Shown here: positions 55,922 through 64,000 of the stretch, one piece after another
How positions within the stretch are numbered: the first letter of the stretch is position 1
How the letters are laid out: the number at the start of each line of letters is the position of its first letter
NCBI GenBank assembly: GCA_965601925.1
Contig: OZ271854.1
Span: 1,216,001 to 1,280,000 of the forward strand
DNA length: 64,000 nucleotides
Direction of reading: 5' to 3'
DNA from: Alkalispirochaeta sp.
GTDB taxonomy: Bacteria; Spirochaetota; Spirochaetia; DSM-27196; Alkalispirochaetaceae
Notes under the pieces: generated by a model
What the model was told of the DNA's origin: nothing
Seen by the model: only the letters and a program-made list of their open reading frames with translations
Databases searched by the model: none
Made by a program: the position numbers and the translations under genes

Positions 55922-57289
55922 ATGAACATCACAGTGTCACCGCGAGATACCATTTTTTTACTCAATGGAAATAATTTCTTTTTTCTTGCAGACACTGTGT
56001 GGAGTGCGTTCAGCAATGCTTCCCTTGAAGATTGGCACGAATACCTCGACTACCGAAAAATGCAAGGCTTCAATGGGCTTCAGATCAATATCCTTCCTCA
56101 ATGGGACAGAAGCAAGAACGGCACGAACGTGCCTGCGTTCACTCGCGGTGCGGATGGTAGGACGGACTATGTACACTACAACGTCGAATATTTTGATAAA
56201 GCAAAAAAGATGCTCGAAATGTCCGGGGAAAGAGGATTTGTCCCCGCCCTGGTAATTCTGTGGAACGATTACATCACGGGGAAATGGTATGAACGTGATG
56301 AAGATGCGGATGTTATGCCGATAGAGGCGGTAGAGCCTTACACTCGTCATGTCTTAGCTTGCTTCAAAAAATTCAATCCCATTTATGTACTATCCGGCGA
56401 CACCAGCTTTAAACATGACAAAGAAAAAGAATATTACAAAATAGCATTTGATACTATAAAAGATCATAGTCCGCGATCATTGGTCAGCATGCACATATCC
56501 GACACGTTACCGGCTCTCCCGGAGGACATTGTCGGCTCATTTGGTCTCGATTTCTATATGTTCCAATCGGGTCATCAGATACACGCAGAAGACAAGCCGA
56601 CCGAGTATGCCGAGAAATCGTGTGCACTCGCTCCGTACAAACCGGTCGTTAACTCGGAGCCCTGCTACGAAGGAATGTCCGCCTTCGATTTCCAAGGTTT
56701 ATCAAAAATGATGATGAATACGAGTGAAAAAAACCTCGACATGTACAAGCGGGTACAGAAGCATTTAGCCAACACGCGCGTGCGCTTCGACGCGTACGAT
56801 GTACGCCGCGCTATGTGGCAAAGTGTGCTGTCGGGCGCCAAGGCGGGCGTAGCCTACGGCGCACAAGGATTGTGGAACTGGCGGACGCACGCTACGCATC
56901 GAGAAATGTCTCCGGATCAATACGGCGGATCATTTACGTGGAGTACCGCATTGCGATTTGAGGGAGCTTGGGACGCAGTATACATAAAGTGGATTTTTGA
57001 AAACTATGATCTATTCGATATTGAGCCGTCGGATCAGTACGAATGTGGAAGTACGGCGGTTACGATGTGTGCCTCACGCGATATGAGTAAAATCATTGTA
57101 TATTTTCCATTTTCATGTGAGATAACACTAAAGGTTAATATGGAAAAATATAAAACAGTTCTTATAGATTTATCGAAGAAAAGATTCATAACTCCCACAT
57201 TGGTGTATGCGCACGGCGGCACATACCTACGCGATTACGATTTCAACTCGGATGCCGTATTGGTTGCGATAAAAACGACGCACGCATAA
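55922..57289 (+). CDS. DUF4038-domain protein (GH140/apiosidase-like)
   Basis: FFLADTVW, YLDYRKMQGFN, LSGD, MFQSGH, PVVNSEPCYE, SVLSGAKAGVAYGA motifs; SD AAAGGAG; AT-rich codons. Confidence 0.85.
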   Translation: MNITVSPRDTIFLLNGNNFFFLADTVWSAFSNASLEDWHEYLDYRKMQGFNGLQINILPQWDRSKNGTNVPAFTRGADGRTDYVHYNVEYFDKAKKMLEMSGERGFVPALVILWNDYITGKWYERDEDADVMPIEAVEPYTRHVLACFKKFNPIYVLSGDTSFKHDKEKEYYKIAFDTIKDHSPRSLVSMHISDTLPALPEDIVGSFGLDFYMFQSGHQIHAEDKPTEYAEKSCALAPYKPVVNSEPCYEGMSAFDFQGLSKMMMNTSEKNLDMYKRVQKHLANTRVRFDAYDVRRAMWQSVLSGAKAGVAYGAQGLWNWRTHATHREMSPDQYGGSFTWSTALRFEGAWDAVYIKWIFENYDLFDIEPSDQYECGSTAVTMCASRDMSKIIVYFPFSCEITLKVNMEKYKTVLIDLSKKRFITPTLVYAHGGTYLRDYDFNSDAVLVAIKTTHA

Positions 57290-57332
57290 ACCGCAGACAC
57301 CTCACATGGAATGAGATCGAGGGAGAGACAAT

Positions 57333-58718
57333 ATGAAACCCGGTGTGACTACGACAAAAGAGAAAATCGCCTACGCCTTGGGGGACGTCGGGTTCAATTT
57401 CATATGGGCATTCGTCTCATCATTCCTGATGTTCTACTACACCGATGTGGTCGGAATCGCCGCCGGAACGGTCGGCACGATTATGCTCACCGCGCGACTG
57501 TTTGACGGTGTCAGCGATTTGGGCATGGGCTCGTTGATAGAAAAGACAAACACACGGTGGGGGAAGGCACGACCGTGGATATTGTGGGGCACGGCGCCCT
57601 TGGTCATTAGCTTTCTTCTGGTGATGAATGTGCCTTCCGGGCTTTCGGAACAGGGGAAAAATATATATGTGCTTTTGACGTATATATTTATGATGGTGAT
57701 ATGTGTCACCGCCACAAACCTGCCGTATCTATCGCTATTGTCCCGGATTTCCCTCGATCAGCACGATAGAAACGTGTTGAGTGTGATAAGAACCGTCTCG
57801 GTGTTAGTCGTCATTGTCGTGGTGGCGGTCATGACGACACGCATCGTGACGTTTTTCGGCGGTGGGCAATCGGCGTGGACCAGACTATCGTTTATATATG
57901 CGTCACTCGCGTTGGTCCTTTTGACGATCACATTTTTCGGAACGAAGGAAAAAATATCCGTTCAAGGGAATGGCGAGGAGCAGCAGGAAACACAGAGCCT
58001 GAAACAAGCAATCATTGCCAATGTAAAAAACAAGTACTTTTACATGACCGCACTGTTGTTCATCGTTGTGTTCGCTTTGGGCGGCGTCGGTCAGGGTAGT
58101 CTCATCTACTATGCAACGCATGTACTCGGAAATGAGAACTTATACGGCGTGATATTGATCATAGGGTTTGCTCCCGCGCTGATCGGGATGCCGCTTGTGC
58201 CAACGCTGTATAAGAGAGTGGGAAAACGAAACGCGATGCTTGCCGCCTCATTCGTCAGTCTCTCCGGCCCATTAGTGGCGTGGATCAATCCCTACAGCGT
58301 AGTGAACATCGCGATATGTTTCTTCCTGATCGGTCTGGGAAGAGCTCCCATGTCGGCAACCCTCTATACACTCGTCGCGGATCTGGTCGATTACGGTGAA
58401 TGGAAGTACGGAATCCGCACCGAAGGACTCGCGTATAGCAGTGCCAGCGTAGGAACAAAGTTGGGAATGGGCCTGGGTTCGGCCGTAATCGGCTGGCTTC
58501 TGGCGTGGGGCCGCTACGTCGGGACGGCCGAGGTCCAACCCGAATCGGCCCTTCGTGCGATGCAGGTCCTGTTTATCTGGGTTCCGTTCGCGCTTTCGAT
58601 CGCATCAATTGCCATTCTATCCTTTTGGAAACTGGATAGCGTTCTTCCCGAGATTCAAGACTCACTACAGAAGAAGTACTTGAATGAAAGTGCACAACTG
58701 TCGTCGGAGAAGGTGTGA
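57333..58718 (+). CDS. GPH-family (MelB-like) glycoside:cation symporter
   Basis: EKIAYALGD, RLFDGVSD, TRWGKARPW and DLVDYGEWKYGIRTEG motifs. Confidence 0.93.
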   Translation: MKPGVTTTKEKIAYALGDVGFNFIWAFVSSFLMFYYTDVVGIAAGTVGTIMLTARLFDGVSDLGMGSLIEKTNTRWGKARPWILWGTAPLVISFLLVMNVPSGLSEQGKNIYVLLTYIFMMVICVTATNLPYLSLLSRISLDQHDRNVLSVIRTVSVLVVIVVVAVMTTRIVTFFGGGQSAWTRLSFIYASLALVLLTITFFGTKEKISVQGNGEEQQETQSLKQAIIANVKNKYFYMTALLFIVVFALGGVGQGSLIYYATHVLGNENLYGVILIIGFAPALIGMPLVPTLYKRVGKRNAMLAASFVSLSGPLVAWINPYSVVNIAICFFLIGLGRAPMSATLYTLVADLVDYGEWKYGIRTEGLAYSSASVGTKLGMGLGSAVIGWLLAWGRYVGTAEVQPESALRAMQVLFIWVPFALSIASIAILSFWKLDSVLPEIQDSLQKKYLNESAQLSSEKV

Positions 58719-58752
58719 GAGAACTCGACTCGGAGCGGTATCGGTATAACGT

Positions 58753-59538
58753 ATGTACATAGGAAACCTCTCGTTAGAACAGATCGCCGATTCGAAGGAG
58801 ATCAAAGACGCGTTGCGAAGGAGCCTGTTTCAGAGCCGCGATAACGCCTTCCATTACCCATACGAGTTGGAAAAGAGACTGTACGCCGCGATGCTCGAAG
58901 GTGATTTCGACACGATTCGAGAGGTGAGCAGGGAATGCAGCAACTTTCCGCCATCCGTTCTTTGTGAGGGCAATCCGCGTCGCTCTCTGAAGAATATGAT
59001 GATCTGCAACTGTGCCCTTATCACCAGAGTCATGATCCAAGCGGGATTACACGAGAACTATGCGTACTTTCTGAATGACTTGTTCATTAACAAAATAGAA
59101 TCATTGACCGAGAAAGATGCGCTGCTGCGCCTCAACACCATCATCATTATTGCGTTCATGTCCGCGGCAAAGAGTTCAGTAGTTTCACGACGGAGCATCT
59201 CGTCGCGCCTCGTGCACAGAGCCGTCGATTATGTCGAGGAACACCTATACGACGATATATCTCTCGAAGCCGCAGCCGCCGCGCTGCATACCAACGGCAG
59301 TTACCTTTCCCGACTGTTCAAACGAGAGGTCGGCCTCTCGTTTACCGAATACGCACACCGCAGCCGTATAAAGAAAGCGCAACAGTTGCTCCTCCTTACC
59401 GACCTGCCCATCGCAACGATTGCGAGTGATCTCGGCTACTCGTCGCACAGCCATTTCACGAGGATCTTCAAGCGAATCTGCGGTGTAACGCCGCAACACT
59501 ACGCACTGCGGCGCAGGGCGGAACGGTTTGTCGTATAA
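58753..59538 (+). CDS. AraC-family transcriptional regulator
   Basis: YLSRLFKREVG...IASDLGYSSHSHFTRIFKRICGVTP. Confidence 0.93.
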   Translation: MYIGNLSLEQIADSKEIKDALRRSLFQSRDNAFHYPYELEKRLYAAMLEGDFDTIREVSRECSNFPPSVLCEGNPRRSLKNMMICNCALITRVMIQAGLHENYAYFLNDLFINKIESLTEKDALLRLNTIIIIAFMSAAKSSVVSRRSISSRLVHRAVDYVEEHLYDDISLEAAAAALHTNGSYLSRLFKREVGLSFTEYAHRSRIKKAQQLLLLTDLPIATIASDLGYSSHSHFTRIFKRICGVTPQHYALRRRAERFVV

Positions 59539-59624
59539 CCGGCGAGAGACCGGTGCATCGTATCGCCGAGCGATCGCACGAATCGACTGCTCGCGCGATC
59601 GCGGAGAGAATCGTTGCCGCTGCT

Positions 59625-61874
59625 CTATGAGCTGATCTCGTCCAAAAGTTGTAGAAGCTGTTTTTCCTGCTCCGGCGCGAGGCGGCCGAGACCGAACGCT
59701 ATGAGCATTTTCAGGGTTAGTACGCCGCTCATCTCCTCGGGAGTCAGGAACGAGACCATGTCGGACGACGAAAACATCGTCCTAACGTTCTCTACGATGT
59801 GAGCGAGCCGTGCCGCGGCTACCGGGTGTTTCATAAGATCACTCAACGGTGAATTGAGCGTGTAGCGCTTCGGCACGTTTACCGTCGATTCCACGTGGAC
59901 CACGCGGCCGAGCGGTAGATCTCGTGATGAGCCGCCGACCAAGATCTCGAAGTCGCCGCTCTCGACGTGCCAATCGGAGATCCGCACGTTGTAGTAGGCA
60001 AAGGCGCGCTTTCCGAGCGTAAAGCGCACCTCCGTCTCTTCCCCGGGCTCAAGGGCTACCTTTTCGAATCCTTTGAGTTCCTTGTCCGGCCTGTTAACGG
60101 TCGACTCAATATCGCGCACATAGAGCTGGGCCACCTCCTTGCCCGGGAGCGGGCCGATGTTCTTGACCGTAAAAACGACCGAGACCTGATCCGTGTCTTT
60201 CATCCGCTCTTTGTCCACGCGCATATCGGAGTACGAGAACGTGGTGTAGCTCAGGCCGTGGCCGAACGGAAACAAGGGTTCGATCTTTTTTGTGTCGTAG
60301 TACCGATACCCCACGAATATGCCCTCGTTGTATGTGACCGTATCCTCTTCCGACCGGAACAACACCGCCGGTGTATCTTCCAGCCGTGCCGGGAAGGTCT
60401 CGGCAAGTTTGGCGGACGGATTCACGGCTCCGTACAAGACATCGACGATTGCAGGGCCGCCAGCCTGGCCGCCGAGATACCCCTCGACTACGGCCCGGAC
60501 GTCGTCGATCCACGGCATTTCCACGGCGCTTCCGTTGGAGAGTACCACGACGACCGGTGTCCCGGTCGCGCATACACGTTCGATGAGCCGTGATTGATTG
60601 TGGGGGATGCGTAGGTGTTTGCGGTCGTACCCCTCCGACTCGTCGCCTTCGGGAAGACCCGCAAATATCACAGCGACTTCAGATCCTTTCGCCAGATCGC
60701 ACGCCTCGCGTTCCAACACGTCATCGGCGTCGTGCGAAGCAAGCTCGTAGCCCGACGCATAACGCGTGCCGCCGATCGTCTGCATCTCCTCCCACGCGTT
60801 GTGCAGAAAAGTGGGATTGATGTGGGAGCTCCCGCCTCCCTGGTAGCGGGGACTCGTCGCCAACGCTCCTATCACCGCAACACGCTTACCGGCGCGCAGG
60901 GGCAGGACGTCGTCGTTTTTGAGAAGGACGATGCACTCCGCCGCCGTCGATCGAGCGATACGGTCGTGCTCTTGTTTATCGTAGGTGGTAGTTCGAGGTC
61001 GATTCTCCGCCTTGAGCAGGAACTCGAGGACGCGTCGCACGGCCTTGTCCACATCGCCTTCATCGAGGTCGCCCGCCTCGACGGCCCGTACGATTGCGGC
61101 ATCACTCGCGCCGCCGTTTCCCGGCATCTCCAAGTCGAGACCGGCCCTGATACCGGCGACACGATCGTCTTCGCCGCCCCAGTCCGACACGACAAAGCCG
61201 TCGTGCCCCCACTCCTCGCGAAGGACCTTCCACAAGAGATAGGAGTTATCTGCGCAGAAGGTACCGTTGAGCTTATTGTATGCGCTCATGACCGACCACG
61301 GTTTCGCCTCTTTGACCGCCGTCTCAAAGCTTGCAAGGTAGATCTCGCGTAAGGTCCGTTCGTCCACGATCGTATCAATGGACATACGCCGGTTTTCCTG
61401 GTTGTTCGCCGCGAAGTGCTTCATCGAGGTGCCGACCCCGCGGCTCTGCACACCTTCGATGTAACTCTTCGCCATCTGCGACGACAGAAACGGATCTTCA
61501 GAAAAATACTCGAAATTTCGACCGCACAACGGAGAGCGCTTGATATTTACCGCAGGTCCTAAAAGCACCGCCACGCCCTCGGCATTACACTCGGCTCCCA
61601 ATGCGGCCCCGACCGCTTCGATCAGGTCTCTATCCCACGACGATGCGAGCGCGGCGCCGGACGGAAAGCACGTTGCGGGAATCGATTGGAGCATACCGAT
61701 ATGGTCGCTCGCCGTACTCTGTTTTCGCAGTCCATGAGGACCGTCGGTCAACACCACCGACGGGATATCGAGCCGTTCGAGCGGTTTCGTACTCGACATA
61801 TCGAGTCCGGAGGTCAGCGATACCTTCTCCTCCAGGGTAAGTTGCGAAAGAATAGTCTCTATCCGGTCGTTCAT
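59625..61874 (-). CDS. GH3 beta-glucosidase with C-terminal Fn3-like domain
   Basis: DGPHG, GRNFEYFSEDP, KHFAANNQE, VVSDW, ESEGYDR and FPFGHGLSYTTF motifs. Confidence 0.95.
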   Translation of the reverse strand: MNDRIETILSQLTLEEKVSLTSGLDMSSTKPLERLDIPSVVLTDGPHGLRKQSTASDHIGMLQSIPATCFPSGAALASSWDRDLIEAVGAALGAECNAEGVAVLLGPAVNIKRSPLCGRNFEYFSEDPFLSSQMAKSYIEGVQSRGVGTSMKHFAANNQENRRMSIDTIVDERTLREIYLASFETAVKEAKPWSVMSAYNKLNGTFCADNSYLLWKVLREEWGHDGFVVSDWGGEDDRVAGIRAGLDLEMPGNGGASDAAIVRAVEAGDLDEGDVDKAVRRVLEFLLKAENRPRTTTYDKQEHDRIARSTAAECIVLLKNDDVLPLRAGKRVAVIGALATSPRYQGGGSSHINPTFLHNAWEEMQTIGGTRYASGYELASHDADDVLEREACDLAKGSEVAVIFAGLPEGDESEGYDRKHLRIPHNQSRLIERVCATGTPVVVVLSNGSAVEMPWIDDVRAVVEGYLGGQAGGPAIVDVLYGAVNPSAKLAETFPARLEDTPAVLFRSEEDTVTYNEGIFVGYRYYDTKKIEPLFPFGHGLSYTTFSYSDMRVDKERMKDTDQVSVVFTVKNIGPLPGKEVAQLYVRDIESTVNRPDKELKGFEKVALEPGEETEVRFTLGKRAFAYYNVRISDWHVESGDFEILVGGSSRDLPLGRVVHVESTVNVPKRYTLNSPLSDLMKHPVAAARLAHIVENVRTMFSSSDMVSFLTPEEMSGVLTLKMLIAFGLGRLAPEQEKQLLQLLDEISS

Positions 61875-62110
61875 TCTCGGCCTCCTTCCGGCGACGATTC
61901 ATGCGCGATATGACCTCACACAAACGCGCCGTATGCTGCGACATACGTTCGTAGCTGCAATGATAGAGGTTCTTACCGTCGGCGCTACAACCGTCGTTGC
62001 CGCTTCTAGCCTATTCTTTACCGCCGCCGCGCTACACTGTGGAAGTTGCTCACGACCAAAATCGTTGCTCTCGGACGCCGGTCGTTCCCTCATGGTAAGA
62101 TCACCGCTGC

Positions 62111-62731
62111 ATGACTCTCCGAGAACGCAAACAGCAGCGCACGCGACGGCGCATCCTCGACGTATCCTTGGACCTCTTCTGCCGTAAGGGAATCGAATCG
62201 GTGACGCTGGCCGAGATCGCGGCCGCCGCCGAAGTGGGCGCAACGACATTCTATCGGTACTTCCCGACCAAGGATGATCTGCTGCAAACGTTGTACGTCG
62301 AGAATCTCACCGCCTTTGGGACGCTCGCGGAAATGATGTCGGATCTCGATATCGCCGACCGTACATCGATCAGCGCCGCATTCCAGTCGATCGTCCGGAC
62401 GTTTGAGGGTGTCATCGAAACCGAGCGGTCCCGTCAGGTGGTAGTCTTCGATCTCTTTTTCAACGTCTACGCGCTCCAACGCCGTCAAGATCCGACAACG
62501 TTCGAGGGACATCCGTTCTCGTCGGAGTGGTACCGACGATTTCACGCCGCCGGTCACGTTGAGGCGGAGCTCTTTTCGGAGAGCATAAACCTCTTGTACG
62601 GCTACGCGCAGCGGCTGATTATGCTCGAATACCAAAAAACGCGACCGGAGTGGGATCGCGTAAAACAGAACGTGCGGCTCCTTACCTCGCTGGTCGAGAA
62701 CGGTTTTCTCAACCGGTCGGACGAGCAGTAA
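62111..62731 (+). CDS. TetR/AcrR-family regulator
   Basis: LRERKQQRTR...IAAAAEVGATTFYRYFPTKDDL. Confidence 0.92.
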   Translation: MTLRERKQQRTRRRILDVSLDLFCRKGIESVTLAEIAAAAEVGATTFYRYFPTKDDLLQTLYVENLTAFGTLAEMMSDLDIADRTSISAAFQSIVRTFEGVIETERSRQVVVFDLFFNVYALQRRQDPTTFEGHPFSSEWYRRFHAAGHVEAELFSESINLLYGYAQRLIMLEYQKTRPEWDRVKQNVRLLTSLVENGFLNRSDEQ

Positions 62732-62836
62732 ACCGATCCCGCAGAGGAACCGACCGGTCCCGACCGCGACCGACAACATCTCATCCTTGCGCCGCGCGCG
62801 GCGACGTCTCTGTATGACACCGTCGGCACGATTGCG

Positions 62837-62896
62837 TTGACACGCCCATCCATCGTTATTATGGTAGTATGACTATCAAACGGTAGTTATACTTCC
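62837..62896 (+). promoter_or_regulatory. sigma70 promoter with two tandem imperfect palindromes (candidate TetR operators)
   Basis: TTGACA (62837-42) - 17 bp - TATGGT (62860-65); TGGTAGTATGACTATCA (62862-78) and CGGTAGTTATACTTCC (62881-96). Confidence 0.6.
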
Positions 62897-62916
62897 TTTT
62901 TATGGAGGTTGAGACG

Positions 62917-64000
62917 GTGGAGCTCGGCGACCTATTCATCGAACCGGAGCGCGAAATCACGATCGCGAGGGGCGTTTACCAGCCGGCAAGTTGGCTGCGT
63001 CGGTCGTTTTCCGTCGACCGACCGATCCGCACCGCCGAGTTAGCGATTACGGCGTGCGGCCTGTATCACGCATCGCTCAACGGCAAGCCGGTCACCTCGC
63101 GCGTTTTTACACCCGGTTGGACCCATTATCAAAAGCGGGTGCGGTATCAATGCTACGACGTCACACCCTTGATGGCCGAAGGACCGAACGCGATCGGCGT
63201 CGTCCTCGGCGACGGGTGGTATCGCGGATCGATCGGAGCTCGGTCGCGCAGGTACGTCTTCGGTGACAAGACAAAACTGGCGGCGATACTCACGATCGTG
63301 TATGCCGACGGGACCACGGAGCGTCTCGTAACCGATGAGCGCTGGAGGGCGACCCAGGACGACCCGCTACGCAAAAGCGACTGGATGGAAGGCGAGGTGT
63401 ACGACGCACGGCGCGCCTTCGCCGATTGGAGTCGGCCGGACTTCGACGATGGCGCGTGGCACGGGGTATACCGGTCGGCGTACGAGGGAAACGTCGTGGC
63501 CGACGACGGGGTGCCGATCGAGGAACACGAGCGCTTTTCTCCGGAGGTGGTGCGAACACCCGACGGCGCGACGGTTCTCGACTTCGGACAGAACATGTTC
63601 GGCTACGTAGAGTTTCGCGTGTCCGGTTCCGCCGGCACGACGGTCACCTTACACCACGGTGAAACGCTGGACGAAGGGGGAAACTTCACCGTCAAGAACA
63701 TCCAAATGGTTCTTCCCGGAACTCCGAAGCTACTCCAACGGATCGACTACACGCTCATGATGGGTCATCAAACATACAAGCCGATCTTTTCGGGATACGG
63801 CTTCCGATACGTGAAGCTTGAGAACTGGCCCGAACCGGTGGTCGCCGCCAACTTCACCGCGATCGCCGTCTATGCGTCGATGGATGAGAGCGGGACGTTT
63901 TCCTGCTCCGACGCGGCGATAAATCGCTTGGTTGAAAATGCGAAATGGAGTCAAAAGAGTAACTTCGTCGCCGTACCGACGGACTGTCCGACGCGCGAGC
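62917..64000 (+). CDS. GH78 alpha-L-rhamnosidase, partial (runs off the window)
   Basis: Manual translation from GTG 62917 (SD GGAGG): ITACGLY...FTPGWTHYQKRVRYQCYDV...LGDGWYRG...LDFGQN...GFRYV...SNFVAVPTDCPTRE. Not in the ORF track. Confidence 0.92.
   Translation, partial: MELGDLFIEPEREITIARGVYQPASWLRRSFSVDRPIRTAELAITACGLYHASLNGKPVTSRVFTPGWTHYQKRVRYQCYDVTPLMAEGPNAIGVVLGDGWYRGSIGARSRRYVFGDKTKLAAILTIVYADGTTERLVTDERWRATQDDPLRKSDWMEGEVYDARRAFADWSRPDFDDGAWHGVYRSAYEGNVVADDGVPIEEHERFSPEVVRTPDGATVLDFGQNMFGYVEFRVSGSAGTTVTLHHGETLDEGGNFTVKNIQMVLPGTPKLLQRIDYTLMMGHQTYKPIFSGYGFRYVKLENWPEPVVAANFTAIAVYASMDESGTFSCSDAAINRLVENAKWSQKSNFVAVPTDCPTRE

Overview
GC-rich bacterial chromosomal window, most likely from a free-living, salt-adapted spirochaete. 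This is inferred from solute-binding proteins with '...FAGGQGE/SFAGGGQE' N-termini and very acidic, Lys-poor periplasmic proteins. I saw no rRNA, tRNA, CRISPR array, integrase or transposase. The window is a mosaic of carbohydrate-utilisation and transport loci. (1) An NTT/TLC-like transporter fused to tandem cNMP domains (missed by the ORF track), divergent from a REC-PAS-PAS histidine kinase. (2) A LacI-GH31-ABC-lactonase-SDR-EthD operon with a divergent alpha-hydroxy-acid oxidase. (3) An Afu/Fbp-type ABC plus histidine phosphatase cassette, bracketed by an intact and a decayed copy of a small PH/GRAM-like gene. (4) An ABC-2 exporter operon preceded by a complete, unannotated leader-peptide attenuator with a Val-rich, apparently leaderless uORF; this is the best candidate for an undescribed system. 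(5) A GH13-MFS-ROK operon. (6) A heterodimeric ABC exporter, TetR, prenyltransferase and NDH-2-like genes. (7) An ECF42-type sigma factor with its DGPF partner. (8) A GntR-LplABC-GH3-DUF2264-HAD locus. (9) hpt. (10) A PL31-like beta-helix/CBM3 lipoprotein. (11) A lower-GC DUF4038-GPH-AraC block behind a 45-bp palindrome, followed by GH3, TetR and a partial GH78 gene. All family assignments come from reading motifs by eye; no searches were run.
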